From Nitrospirota bacterium (GTDB lineage: Bacteria; Nitrospirota; UBA9217), in the NCBI GenBank assembly GCA_963737155.1, contig CAVTRN010000002.1, forward strand, positions 3,014,662 to 3,078,661: DNA of 64,000 bases, in the 5' to 3' direction. Each line of letters begins with the position of its first letter. Position 1 is the first letter of the stretch. Of the stretch, positions 53,235-63,998 are shown piece after piece. The notes under the pieces were generated by a model, which made no database searches, was not told the DNA's origin, and was given only the letters and a program-made list of their open reading frames with translations. The position numbers were made by a program, and so were the translations under genes.

Positions 53235-53624
53235 ATGAGACAGCCATTCAAAATCGAGGGTGTAATCAATATAAGCAGCGCCTTCGGAGTCACTGAGACC
53301 ATGGACCGGATTGAATCAGTTGTCTGGGCACGGTGCATGAAGGTCTTTGCCCGGGTCAACCAGCAGCAGGAGGCAAAGCTTTCCGGTCTCGAAATGAAGC
53401 CGATGCAACTCTTGATCTTCGGCGATCCGCGGACCTGTGTTCCGCTCATGGAGGCCTACCCGTCCATCGCCCTTGACCTGCCGCTCAAGGCACTGGTATG
53501 GGAAGCACCGGAGGGAGAAGTCTGGGTCAGCTTCTACAGCACGGAATACCTGAGCCTACGGCACAACGTCGAGGAAACCCGATTTCCACGTATCGAAACC
53601 CTGATCCGGAAAGCCCTAGAATGA
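53235..53624 (+). CDS. DUF302 family protein
   Basis: LLIFGDP, IALDLPLKALVWE. Confidence 0.85.
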   Translation: MRQPFKIEGVINISSAFGVTETMDRIESVVWARCMKVFARVNQQQEAKLSGLEMKPMQLLIFGDPRTCVPLMEAYPSIALDLPLKALVWEAPEGEVWVSFYSTEYLSLRHNVEETRFPRIETLIRKALE

Positions 53625-53670
53625 ATAAGGCGCACGCGCGACTGCCTGGTTCCTCGTCTTAACCTTCGGA

Positions 53671-53708
53671 TTTTCCCACCGCCAAATAGCAGGGAAAGGG
53701 TGGGAAAA
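53671..53708. terminator. inverted repeat between convergent genes
   Basis: TTTTCCCACC...GGTGGGAAAA. Confidence 0.4.
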
Positions 53709-53896
53709 GTGCGTATTTTATTAGATGCTTATGATATATTCCCCGGTGAAAGCGGGGTACTATTCTCCGACTGATGGTCCTCCACAGGACTTAAAGAAGA
53801 ATTTCAAGAGATCCGTGCTGTTGCGGATCAGAAGTTGTGGAACATAAGCCGGGACGCTTCAATTTTACGAGTAGTATAACAGGCGATCCCGTCCGT

Positions 53897-55072
53897 TTAC
53901 TTATCATCCATCGAATACCAAAGATAAAGAGATGCGATGCTTCGATAAGGCTTCCAGAGTTCGCCGTATTTCTCGACCGCTTTCGGCTCTGGTACTTTTG
54001 TCAGGCCGTAAAGCTTAGCGACTGCCTTGCGAATGCCGTAGTCCAGTATCGGGAAAATATCCGCACGGCCGAGATTGAAGATAAGGTACATTTCGACCGT
54101 CCACCTGCCCACCCCTTTGACTTGCGTAAACTCTTTGATAATCTGTTCATCCGACATTTGCTTCAGCTTTTCCAGGGGGGACAATTTCCCCTCCAAATAT
54201 TTCCGGGCCAGGTCCTTTAAAAAAGACGCCTTCATGAAAGAAAGACCTGCTTTGCGCAGATCGGCGTCGGGAGTGTTCAGGATTCCGCTGGGATCAGGAT
54301 TGCCGTCTTCGGCAATCAGCGCGTTCACCCGGTTTAAAATGGTTGCCGCAGCCTTTGATGAAAGCTGTTGACTGGTTATTGCCTGGATAAGCGCAGCCAG
54401 GGGCTCATTTTTCAGGAGAGGTTGAAATTGTAATGGTCCCACCTTTTTTATCAACCGGGCAATGGACTTGTCCTGTTTTTGCAATGTTTTGACTGCCTTT
54501 TTCCATTGCGCCGGCGTTGCTATGACGACGGGTCTTGTCAAACTGACGCCTTCAAGTTCAAGGAGCGCGGCTTTCATTTCCACGCCTCCGGGAGCGGAAT
54601 ATCCGCCCAACTTCCCTGAAGAAGTGACCACGCGATGACAAGGTACGATAAGCGGTATCGGATTTTTGCCAAGAGCGGTTCCCACTGCCCGCGTGGCATT
54701 AGGTCTGCCAATACTAATGGCCATTTCACCGTAAGTCGCAACCTCCCCGGGACGGATTTTTTGTGCGGCCCGGTATACTGAAAGTACAAATTCCGATTTC
54801 TCAACAAAGTGCAAAGGCAAGTTGGAGAATTCCTTGGACTCGCCTTTCAGATGGGCTTTCACTTTTTCGATAAGCTCCTTTATCCAAGAAGGCGGAATTG
54901 AGGATGCGCTCTTACTCCCCGTCATCCTTTTTAGGCGCGTCTCGACACTCTTTCCCGGTGCCTCGGGAAGAAGGAACGACATTATCCCTTGGGCGTCCCA
55001 ACTCACCCCGCAAGTACCCAGCGCAGTCGAAAAGGAAACCCAAGCGACTTCTTGTTTTTGTATCCTCATCAT
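53897..55072 (-). CDS. Ogt (methylated-DNA-protein-cysteine methyltransferase) fused to an AlkA-type 3-methyladenine glycosylase
   Basis: N-terminal half TYGE..RAVG..NP..PCHRV; C-terminal half SQQLS, KGVGRWT HhH motif, LD, WKPYRS. Confidence 0.9.
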   Translation of the reverse strand: MMRIQKQEVAWVSFSTALGTCGVSWDAQGIMSFLLPEAPGKSVETRLKRMTGSKSASSIPPSWIKELIEKVKAHLKGESKEFSNLPLHFVEKSEFVLSVYRAAQKIRPGEVATYGEMAISIGRPNATRAVGTALGKNPIPLIVPCHRVVTSSGKLGGYSAPGGVEMKAALLELEGVSLTRPVVIATPAQWKKAVKTLQKQDKSIARLIKKVGPLQFQPLLKNEPLAALIQAITSQQLSSKAAATILNRVNALIAEDGNPDPSGILNTPDADLRKAGLSFMKASFLKDLARKYLEGKLSPLEKLKQMSDEQIIKEFTQVKGVGRWTVEMYLIFNLGRADIFPILDYGIRKAVAKLYGLTKVPEPKAVEKYGELWKPYRSIASLYLWYSMDDK

Positions 55073-55535
55073 ATTACCTTTTATATCTAGACCACGGCTG
55101 CTTTCGTATCTCGGGTCTACATTATGACCAATCTTTTTCTAAAAGTCTATCAGAATAAACCCGCGGGAATCAATTCTTCCCGATATGACCAGAATTATTT
55201 TGTAGTCAGTAGGTCATTCGGCAATAAAATCTCAGACAGTTCAGAATAACACTTTTCATGAATGCATTAAATTATATGGAGGAGGCGTACAAAAAAGTGC
55301 GTAAGAATTTCGAGCAGATAGACACTGATGCCGATTTCAGCCATTCCATATTCAGAGCCAGAAACAAGTTCGAACCATGATTATCGGTGTATAATACCAT
55401 CCTTGTTTATGAGTAGAGATCAGTATCATTTGCATATAACCGGATATCGAACAGACTTCGGAGCTTTGCTGAACGTCCGGACGGGAAGGGCGAAACCAGG
55501 GGAGTGAATACCTTAATTCAAAGCTTGAGCTCTTC

Positions 55536-55584
55536 AAAAAAGCACCCTCCGTTCCCGTCTGATCGTTTCGGGAAGGGAGGATGC
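55536..55584 (-). terminator. intrinsic terminator of the ferritin-like gene
   Basis: CCTCC.TTCCCG / CGGGAA.GGAGG stem, followed by U6 on the minus strand. Confidence 0.6.
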
Positions 55585-55602
55585 ATCCTTATGGGAGAAC
55601 GG

Positions 55603-56043
55603 CTAGGATACAAATACCGTGGCGCGCTTTAGCTCATTTAGCTTTGCGAGAAGGGAGTGGTGCTTCTGTTCATCGGCAATCAAATAGGAGAGAATATACC
55701 GAGTCACGAAAAGCTTGCTTTCGTTCAGAGCTGCATCGGCGATTTCGAGTGTTTTCGCCTCCGCGGCCAGGTGTTTGTTGAGTCCGTCGGAAAGATCCAT
55801 GAGATCATCGGGCGTGAGGATAAGCGCTTCCTTGGTAAGGCTGTCGGCCAGGAGTTTCTGCATGGCCTTGTGTTTCTGCGAGTCATTCTTGATCATTTCC
55901 ATCGTCATCTTCACAAGCTTGTTCTTCGTTTTCTTCAGCGTTGCATCAGCATGCTTGATCGTCTCATCTTCAAGTTCCATCCAGTCTTCCAATGCTGCGA
56001 TAAGTTTATCCGTGTCTTCTGCTGATGATTTCTTTTTTGCCAT
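55603..56043 (-). CDS. ferritin/rubrerythrin-like four-helix protein
   Basis: Duplicated E...D(S/E)QKH pattern; GGGG SD. Confidence 0.7.
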   Translation of the reverse strand: MAKKKSSAEDTDKLIAALEDWMELEDETIKHADATLKKTKNKLVKMTMEMIKNDSQKHKAMQKLLADSLTKEALILTPDDLMDLSDGLNKHLAAEAKTLEIADAALNESKLFVTRYILSYLIADEQKHHSLLAKLNELKRATVFVS

Positions 56044-56642
56044 GATTCATCCCCTTTCGTTCCATGAAATGGTGTCGTTTTCCACCTCAGAGTATCGTGT
56101 TCTGCATTGAGGCGAGCCATTTTTATACCATACAAACCATAATTCTTTCAACATGAAAATGATTTTAAATTAAAAACCAAAGGAAAGGTAAACCGATTTT
56201 GAAAACCTCCAAGGGGCTTGTCCGATCATGGCTCATACACCATCAGATTGCTCGTTTCCGCAGCTATCAACTTCTGATTCCCGTTGTGGGCCTCTGTATA
56301 CACCCGCACAGCCTTTTTGCCTTTTCGATTTTTATTCCGCGTGTACCGTCGCATTTTCTCCCAGCCTTGTCGGTCTCACGAAATTCACATTCATATAGAT
56401 CGAAACGCATTTTTAAGCAGTATGATAAAAAATAGAGCGACCGAAAACATTATTGATATAACTGTACAGAATTCCCCTCTTGCAGACATCCCAAGGGATT
56501 TGTCTCCTTATCATGCGCCGTGAATTCCACTCTCAGGCTCACGTTTACTTCGCGTTCTGATCTTCACACCCAAGTCCACAAAGCGGACCGAAGACTATCA
56601 CTCCGGATACTGATTCTGGAACTTTTCATTATAAGTAAATAA

Positions 56643-57166
56643 CCCCGCAGCAAGCTGCGAGGCATTTTGACTAGAATCTAAAACCTATTTGCTCATCATG
56701 CTGATACCGAATATAGTTTCTAATCACTTCCGCCGTTACTTTGTCGCCAACCGAACGGACAAAGTAACCATCGTTCCACAGTTCCCTTCCCCAGAGCTTT
56801 TTCTTTATCTCCGGGAACTCTTGGAACATTATTCTGGCGGAGATACTTTTAATCATTTGTACTACCTTCGCAGGCGCATACTTCGGAGGAACAACCAAAA
56901 ACAAGTGTACATGGTCATCCATGACTTCCATCGTATCTATTTCCAAATCGTACTGTTCAGCTATCTCACGAAAGATTTCTTTCAATCGTTTCGTCATCCG
57001 AACGTCGAACAGTTTTTTACGATATTTCGGTATCCATACGAAATGGTACTTGAGATCATAGACACAATGTCTGCTTCTTCTCAATGGGCTCATGGCCCGT
57101 ATTGTATCAGAAAATCATCCTGACTTCGTCAGGATATCCTTTTCATCCCAGCAGCAAGCTGCTGGG
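56643..57166 (-). mobile_element. IS200-like element (tnpA only); ends approximate
   Basis: Related hairpins CGCAGC-AA-GCTGCG (~56646) and CCCAGCAGC-AA-GCTGCTGGG (57147-66) flank tnpA. Confidence 0.8.
56671..57093 (-). CDS. tnpA: IS200/IS605 HUH transposase
   Basis: YHFVWIPKYR, DHVHL, LW..GYF, YIRYQ. Confidence 0.95.
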   Translation of the reverse strand: MSPLRRSRHCVYDLKYHFVWIPKYRKKLFDVRMTKRLKEIFREIAEQYDLEIDTMEVMDDHVHLFLVVPPKYAPAKVVQMIKSISARIMFQEFPEIKKKLWGRELWNDGYFVRSVGDKVTAEVIRNYIRYQHDEQIGFRF

Positions 57167-57320
57167 TATTCAAGGATGTTTTTTATAAAAAAGACTCCTC
57201 CTCGAAATCCGATGCATGTTTCTCTCTTGCCAAAAGTCATTCACTCCCTCTTGGACGATAAATTATCCTGCTTACCTATATCTCGTATCCGGACGCCACG
57301 TTTTTATATATTCCTTTTTT

Positions 57321-58292
57321 TCAGCCGGCAACCGTGAGTACAATTTTGCCTGTCGATTGCCTACCTTCAAGCAGTCGATGCGCTTTTTCAGCATCGCCTA
57401 GCGGAAGGACCTGGCCGATGCGCAACTTCAGCCATCCTTCCCGTATAGCTTGCAGAACATCCTTTGATCTGCGGGCCAGATCTTCCCGAGATGCGATGAA
57501 ATTGTCCAGTCTGCCGCCGGAGATGGAGATCGATTTCGTCCCGAGCGAATTAGGCAGAACTGGGTCTGCGGGTCCGCTTGCGGAACCGAAAACCACGATA
57601 TGCCCACGGGTTGCTATTGCTTCCAGATCGCCCGAAAACGTAGTTTTCGCGACTCCGTCAATGATGAGATCAGCTCCCCGTCCGCCCGTGATTCGTTTTA
57701 CCTCGCCTGCAAAATCCTGCCGGGTGTAAAGAATCACGTGATCTGCGCCAGCCTCTCTAGCGATGAGTGATTTCTCTTCAGTGGAAACCGTACCGATTAC
57801 GCGGGCACCGAGATGTTTCGCCCATTGCACCAGAAGCAGACCCACCCCCCCTGCGGCCGCGTGTATCAGGACCGTGTCGCTTTTATTTGGCATGCGGAAC
57901 TCATGGATCAGATAATGCGCCGTCATTCCCTGCAACGGAAATGCTGCCCCCTGCTCAAAAGACATCCCCTTCGGTAGCGGGATCAGCTTATTCGCATCGA
58001 TAACCGTGAACTCGCTATAACTCCCTAGATGTCCGGTGTATGCAACGTGGTCACCGGGAAGCACATCCGTAACACTGTCGCCAGCGACTTCCACAACCCC
58101 AGATGCCTCCAACCCCGGGATGACGGGTAGTTTCACCGAGTAGGTTCCCCGCCGCTGGTAGATGTCTACGAAGTTCACGCCGGCCGCGTGAATCTTTATG
58201 AGAACCTGTCCTGCGGCAGGCGTCTGTTTCGGCACCTCCACCAATTTCAAAACACCGGCATCGCCATAGTTTGCAATTTTGATGGCCTTCAT
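57321..58292 (-). CDS. qor: NADPH:quinone oxidoreductase (zeta-crystallin family)
   Basis: GVNFVDIYQRRG, GMTAHYL, HAAAGGVG, STGKIVL. Confidence 0.9.
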   Translation of the reverse strand: MKAIKIANYGDAGVLKLVEVPKQTPAAGQVLIKIHAAGVNFVDIYQRRGTYSVKLPVIPGLEASGVVEVAGDSVTDVLPGDHVAYTGHLGSYSEFTVIDANKLIPLPKGMSFEQGAAFPLQGMTAHYLIHEFRMPNKSDTVLIHAAAGGVGLLLVQWAKHLGARVIGTVSTEEKSLIAREAGADHVILYTRQDFAGEVKRITGGRGADLIIDGVAKTTFSGDLEAIATRGHIVVFGSASGPADPVLPNSLGTKSISISGGRLDNFIASREDLARRSKDVLQAIREGWLKLRIGQVLPLGDAEKAHRLLEGRQSTGKIVLTVAG

Positions 58293-58399
58293 TATATTAT
58301 CTCCATCCTTCTCGGCTTGCGCATTCTTTCTGGCGCTCGCGAAATTCGCCAAAACCCGGACTCCGTTGCTGCGGAATAATAGGTTGCTGCTCCGAGACC

Positions 58400-59455
58400 C
58401 TACGCCGCTTTGTTCACTTCGGTCGTCACCTCTGCATGTGGTCTCCGGTCACGATCCTGTCGGTCAACCATCCAGCCTGGGTATTCCGGCGGCAGTGCGC
58501 TCGCAGCGTCAAGCTGAGCCATATGCTCGGTGGACAGCTGCACATCACTCGCAGCCAGGTTGTCCACAAGTTGTTCACGCGTCTTCACTCCGATGATAAC
58601 ACTGGTAACGAAGGAACGAGTCAACAGCCAGGCAAGAGCTACACGCGCAACGGAAATGCCCATGGACAGGGAAATAGTCCTCATTACAGCAAGTACTATC
58701 TTTGTACGCTCGCGACTAACGGGAGGAAAATCATAAGAGGTCCTACGAGCGCCATCGGGGCCGGGCTTCTCAAGGTCGAACTTTCCAGAAAGAAGTCCCC
58801 CTGCAAGTGGACTCCACGGGAGTATTGCAAGACCCTGGTCTTTTGCTAGCGGTGTTACTTCACGTTCGATATCCCTGCTGGCAATCGAGTAGTACATCTG
58901 TGCGCTAACGAACCGTGGCAGGTCGTGGGCATCGGAATAGGCAAGGGCCTTCATTGCCAGCCAGGCCGGCAGATTGCAATAGCCGATGGAGCGCGTCTTG
59001 CCGCTGCGCACCACATCGTCGAGCGCACGCAGCGTCTCTTCAATGGGCGTGTCGAGGTCAATGCCGTGGATCTGGTAAACGTCGACATAATCCAGTCTCA
59101 GACGATGAAGGCTTGCGTCGATTGAGTCCATAATGTGCTTGCGCGATAGCCCGATCTGATTCGGGCCCGGCCCGGTGCGGCCCCGCACCTTTGTCGCGAC
59201 GATGAATTGATCCCGAGGCCGCCCTAGCGAGGCGAGCGCCGCGCCGATGTGCTTTTCCGATTCTCCCTCGGAGTAGACGTCCGCCGTGTCGATAAAATTC
59301 ACGCCTGAATCGAGCGCCGTACCAATGATTCCCTCGGCTTCGGACGCCGTAAGATTGCCGATGACTTCCCAGAATCCCTTCCCGCCGAATGTCATGGTTC
59401 CGAGACACAATTCAGATACGTAGAGACCGGTTTTCCCAAAGAGACGATAACGCAT
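58400..59455 (-). CDS. aldo/keto reductase
   Basis: LCLGTMTFG, DTADVY, ATK, WSPLAGGLLSGK. Confidence 0.93.
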   Translation of the reverse strand: MRYRLFGKTGLYVSELCLGTMTFGGKGFWEVIGNLTASEAEGIIGTALDSGVNFIDTADVYSEGESEKHIGAALASLGRPRDQFIVATKVRGRTGPGPNQIGLSRKHIMDSIDASLHRLRLDYVDVYQIHGIDLDTPIEETLRALDDVVRSGKTRSIGYCNLPAWLAMKALAYSDAHDLPRFVSAQMYYSIASRDIEREVTPLAKDQGLAILPWSPLAGGLLSGKFDLEKPGPDGARRTSYDFPPVSRERTKIVLAVMRTISLSMGISVARVALAWLLTRSFVTSVIIGVKTREQLVDNLAASDVQLSTEHMAQLDAASALPPEYPGWMVDRQDRDRRPHAEVTTEVNKAA

Positions 59456-59874
59456 AATTATTCCCCGCTTTCTTTGCAGACTCGTTCTACTATATCAGCA
59501 TTTACAGGTCAGCAATACTAAATCATCACCTTATATGGAAAGCATATCAGATATTTGATGAAAAGGAGCATTGAAATATCGCGAAGTCTAACAGGATAAG
59601 CCGGCTGGAAGACAAACGTCCCAGATTCCATGTAAGCGAGACAATACCTTGGTCCGCTTAAACTCATTATTAATATCTTCAACTTTCTATTGAAATAATT
59701 GTCTGAGTCTTTCATTGAGCCAGTATTCATGCAACTATAATATTAGTAAATAATTTTTGAACCATTGGCGGGACAGATCATTAAACGAAATTCGTTCACC
59801 AGTGTCAGATATTGAAAAGAAATAATGAAGCGCATCAACGAGATTGTTTATCAATATCTTAAGGAGGTGCACCC

Positions 59875-60330
59875 ATGAAAAAAGAAAGGTTTATGTTGTT
59901 TGGCTTTATCGCGTTGCTTTGGATGCTCGGAGTCGGTTTCCCGATTCCAAGCAACGCCGGAGTTAATGTCGGTATCACAATTCCCCTCCCCGGCTTGATG
60001 ATTCCAGCTCCGCCGGCAATGGTCATAGTTCCCGGAACTAATGTGTATTATCCACCCGATGTCGGAGCGGACATCTTTTTCTACCATGATCACTGGTATC
60101 GCCCCTATGGCGGCCATTGGTTCATAGCAGCTGGCTATAACGGACCATGGGGTGCCATCGGTATCGGGAGGGTCCCCCGGCCTTTGCTCAGTATACCTCC
60201 GAATTTTCGCCGCGCTGCGCCTGGATACGAACGAGTGCCTTACGGCGTCATGACAAAAAACTGGCGCACCTGGGAGCGAAACAGGCATTGGGAAAGAGGA
60301 AGGGGACGAGAAGAGCGGAGATATAGGTAA
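59875..60330 (+). CDS. exported Pro/Trp/Arg-rich hypothetical protein
   Basis: AAGGAGG SD; signal peptide ending in SNA; Pro/aromatic-rich body; Arg-rich tail. Confidence 0.75.
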   Translation: MKKERFMLFGFIALLWMLGVGFPIPSNAGVNVGITIPLPGLMIPAPPAMVIVPGTNVYYPPDVGADIFFYHDHWYRPYGGHWFIAAGYNGPWGAIGIGRVPRPLLSIPPNFRRAAPGYERVPYGVMTKNWRTWERNRHWERGRGREERRYR

Positions 60331-60362
60331 CGAGCTCTGAATGACCGCTGCAGGGAGATGAA

Positions 60363-60403
60363 CCGATAGGATGTTTTCAACCTCCTTGAAAACATTCTAT
60401 CGG
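60363..60403. repeat. 18-bp inverted repeat downstream of the exported-protein gene
   Basis: CCGATAGGATGTTTTCAA-CCTCC-TTGAAAACATTCTATCGG; no U-tract. Confidence 0.7.
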
Positions 60404-60563
60404 CAGCCCGGCAAAATGTGACTTCAAAGATTCATCATGCAATAATATTCATTAAATTGTGTGCCTCCCAATCATTCTCGGCAATCAAAAACGGTTCGGG
60501 GAAAGACAGTTCTCTGGGCATGCATTCACGCTCTCTGTTTGGCGGATATATGCGAGGGCCTTA

Positions 60564-61370
60564 ATGGCAACCGAGCATCCCACCGTTGAACAGAATCCTC
60601 TACTGCCGAACAAATCAATAAACTCAGCCCTCCTGATAGACAGTTATGTCAGGGATTTTTTTTGCAACCTAGAGGATGCTCTTACGGCTCGACTATGACG
60701 TATTCATTGCGTCCACGAGCGAAGATGCCGTTAAACTTTTCGATGTGGCCTTGCGGAAACTGGTGATTACCGAACTTTCCCTACACAATATGTCGGGCCT
60801 AGAACTGCTGTTTCATCTCAAGCACACTCCTGCTATGTGGGACATGCCTGTTATTATCCATGCGGCGATCGGAGATGAAAAGTGGGAAGATCACTGTTGC
60901 GCCACGGGATGTGCCGCATTTCTTAGAAAACCGGTGGCCCTCGACGAACTCTACTGTGCCATTCAGCGGGCGACCGAGGATAGACCAAAATAGTATGTTC
61001 GGCTGTGGACGCTGCTGCCCTCAGAGCAGGCAGTCATAAATCTCCGATGCGGCTTCCAGCGTCGAATATTTCTCGGAGCTGTCTGAGAACGGCATCTTTA
61101 TCCGCATGTTTACGTCCCCGTCCGGTCAATGCCGTTCTCCCGGTAAATATCATTGTCAACTCGTTGCCGATCAAGCTGAAAGCAGCCGTCGTGCGCAGTG
61201 TAAACATCGGCCTGGGATTGTTCAAGGAGCCGGACATGGGGATGCAATTCGTTAAAATTTCCGATCCTCAACGGGATCTGTTGCGAAATTTCATCACGGA
61301 ACAGATAATGATGGATATCGTGCCAGATCAAATGGCCTACATTGCGCTTACTAAAGCATTAGGAGAGTAA
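60564..61370 (+). pseudogene. disrupted receiver(REC)-PilZ protein
   Basis: REC N-terminus (SALLIDS) is in a different frame from the REC body (LRKPV); in-frame TAG at 60991 within PK*YVR; the PilZ half (VVR...MGMQF) is in another frame. Confidence 0.7.
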
Positions 61371-61457
61371 ATTTCTCCGGGAAATTCTCTTTTCATCGAT
61401 TCCGGCTTTATGTTGAAGCCTCCCCAATTCGCGGACAAATACTTGCTTTATCAATAA

Positions 61458-62414
61458 TCAGGATCCCGGTGTTTGTCCTTTCCGCAACTCCACGTAGCGC
61501 GCCGCACCTAATGCCGCTATGCACCCATCCGCTGCCGCGACAACAATCTGGTTCGCGAATTTCTGTCTCAAGTCTCCAGCAGCGAATATCCCCGCCACAC
61601 TTGTAGCGCCTTTATCATCGGTCACCACAAATCCGAATTCGTCGGTCCTGACCGTGGAGGGGACCAGCTGATTATTGGGAAAGTACCCGATAAAAATAAA
61701 AACTCCGTCCGTCGGCAATTCACCCTTTGCTCCAGTAACAATATTTTCGAAGGAGACCGCTCGGACGGTTTTCCCGTCACCTAAGACCGAATTTATGAAT
61801 GTGTTCCAGAGGATTTGAATCCCCGTTTCAGCCGCCAGACGGTTTTGGAGCAGCTTGCTTGCCCGCAACGCGTCTCTCCGATGCACTAGGTATACTTTCT
61901 TGGCAAGCCTTGAGAGATAGAGCGCTTCCTCCACTGCCGTATCTCCGCCGCCGACAACAACGACTGTTTTGTTCCGGAAAAAAAAACCATCGCAAGTGGC
62001 ACAATAGGAAACGCCGGCACCGAGATATTCAGCCTCACCGGGAATGCCGAGTTTGCGGGCGGTACTCCCCGCGGCGAGGATCAATGAAACTGTATGCAGC
62101 CGATCTCCGTTCGCGAGGTCCACGGTATGAATGTCAGTCCCAGCGTTGACTGCAACAACTTCCTGCTGAACAACGGGAAGATCAAATGCTCCTGCGTGAT
62201 GAACCAGCTTCTCGGCAAGGTCAAATCCCGTTATCCCCTCCACGCCAGGGTAATTTTCAACCTCTTTAGATATAGCGATCTGGCCGCCGAGTACCCCTTT
62301 TTCGAGAAGAACGGTTTTCAGCGCGGCCCTTTTGCAATAGAGCCCGGCAACAAGCCCTGCCGGTCCCCCACCTACTATTATCACTTCATAGATTTCCTTC
62401 ATCATTTTAGTCAT
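61458..62414 (-). CDS. trxB: thioredoxin reductase
   Basis: GGGPAG, GVSYCATCDG, GGGDTAVEEA, FAAGD. Confidence 0.96.
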   Translation of the reverse strand: MTKMMKEIYEVIIVGGGPAGLVAGLYCKRAALKTVLLEKGVLGGQIAISKEVENYPGVEGITGFDLAEKLVHHAGAFDLPVVQQEVVAVNAGTDIHTVDLANGDRLHTVSLILAAGSTARKLGIPGEAEYLGAGVSYCATCDGFFFRNKTVVVVGGGDTAVEEALYLSRLAKKVYLVHRRDALRASKLLQNRLAAETGIQILWNTFINSVLGDGKTVRAVSFENIVTGAKGELPTDGVFIFIGYFPNNQLVPSTVRTDEFGFVVTDDKGATSVAGIFAAGDLRQKFANQIVVAAADGCIAALGAARYVELRKGQTPGS

Positions 62415-62883
62415 GCTTTAGAGAGTGGCCACTTCTTTTCTTCTTTATATTATTATACATCGGATAATTCTTCGCAAAGGCATATCTACTAAAAAATAAT
62501 CGATACTTTTTGACGCTCTAGCAGTCGTATAAGAAGGCACCCATTAATGACGCAACGGACCAAGATCGGATAATCGATACCGTTACCTGACTTTTTATCG
62601 GCATGGGCAACAGAGACTGGCCTTGTGTCAGAACCCTGTTCAAGACCCGCCTCCTACTCGACATGTCATGTCTAAGGGCGAACAACCCTTGACCATTACG
62701 CCCCGGGAACTCGTCAACGTCTGGGACCAGGGGCAAACATTTGAAAGTCCATACGCCATCAGGCAGGCACTTTTTCTGTTTGACTTCGGAAGCAAGGAAG
62801 CCTCGTCGTTTCTGTTACGGCGCTGCCTTACTTTATTTGCCAAACAGGACGAGCAACAATACTAGAATCTTCGTCGTCAATTA

Positions 62884-63998
62884 TTAATCGTCTCATAATA
62901 GTATTAACACTAATTATGCCGCATACTTTGTTGTTTCGTTATTAAAGTAAGCGCGCACACGATCAGGAGACTTTTGGATAAACCTCAAATGACTGACTAC
63001 TGCACCATGTAATTGTTCCGGTGAACTAATTGCCTGACGACCAACTGCATTGTTCTTCAGGTCATTCCAGACTCTCTCATCGGGATTCAGCTCTGGAGAA
63101 TACGGCGGTAAAAAGAACAGACGAAACTTTTCCTTAATGGTTTCAATATAGTTAGAAACCTTGCGAGACTTGTGTGACGGATGACCATCAACGATGAGAA
63201 ATATCATCCGTTTGCTGCCTTGAATAAGCCGCTTTATGAATTCAATAAATTGCTGCGACGCTACGCGACCTTTGACTACCATGAACCTAAATTCGCCTTG
63301 TGCACTAACAGCCGAAATCATATTCAATCCGAAGCGCGCTCCTGTGCTGCTCACAATCGGGGTCTCACCCTTCATGGCCCAAGTGGTGCCCGCATGATGA
63401 TCAGAGCGAACGCCAGCTTCATCTCCAAAGAAGATTTGAGCCTTCATGCGACGCGCCATGCTTCGTATCCGAGGATACTCCTTCTCCAGCCACTCCTGAA
63501 CCGCTGCCGGCTTTTGCTGATAGGCACGCCAAACAGGACGCTGTGGAGTCAATCCCAACTGTCCCAGCAAACGACAAACGGATGCTTTGCTCAATCTCAT
63601 ACCAAATCGCTTATATATTACCTGCCCAATGATCTTCGCTGTCCACAGGGCATAGGTAAACTTCAACTGAAGCGGATTTTTCGTGGTCACAGTACGATAA
63701 ACCCATTCTATAGCCTTAGCATCCATTTTTGGCGGGCGACCGCCTCGTTTGTTGGCATCAAGAGCACCCCAGCCCCCGTTTCGATATCGTGCCAACCAGC
63801 CATAGATGGTGACGCGATTTATACCCAGGGCTTTGGCCACCAGTTCGGGGCTTTGTCCTTCCTGGACACTATTTACCGCACGCTTTCTGAGCTCAGTCAG
63901 AGTTTTATGGTCAAGATTTCTCGCATCTGCTTTTTTCTTCATGAAAATAACTATACCACAGATGCAAGATTATGTCAATACTATTATGAGACGGTTAA
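62884..63998 (-). mobile_element. IS630-family insertion sequence
   Basis: 26-bp IRs TTAA(T/C)CGTCTCATAATAGTATT(A/G)ACA (24/26 matches) flanked by TA at 62882-83 and 63999-64000. Confidence 0.92.
62914..63942 (-). CDS. IS630 transposase
   Basis: HTH N-terminus; DE, VD..H, LPPYSPELNPDE DDE motifs. Confidence 0.95.
   Translation of the reverse strand: MKKKADARNLDHKTLTELRKRAVNSVQEGQSPELVAKALGINRVTIYGWLARYRNGGWGALDANKRGGRPPKMDAKAIEWVYRTVTTKNPLQLKFTYALWTAKIIGQVIYKRFGMRLSKASVCRLLGQLGLTPQRPVWRAYQQKPAAVQEWLEKEYPRIRSMARRMKAQIFFGDEAGVRSDHHAGTTWAMKGETPIVSSTGARFGLNMISAVSAQGEFRFMVVKGRVASQQFIEFIKRLIQGSKRMIFLIVDGHPSHKSRKVSNYIETIKEKFRLFFLPPYSPELNPDERVWNDLKNNAVGRQAISSPEQLHGAVVSHLRFIQKSPDRVRAYFNNETTKYAA

Noticed and set aside
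53740-53800. CTGATGG plus small stems suggesting a hammerhead ribozyme or fluoride riboswitch
   Set aside because: No CUGANGA/GAAA arrangement, no GGNGAUGG 5' motif, and no plus-strand gene downstream
62518-62865. Short ORFs beside IS630, possibly a transposase fragment
   Set aside because: No convincing motif could be recognised by eye
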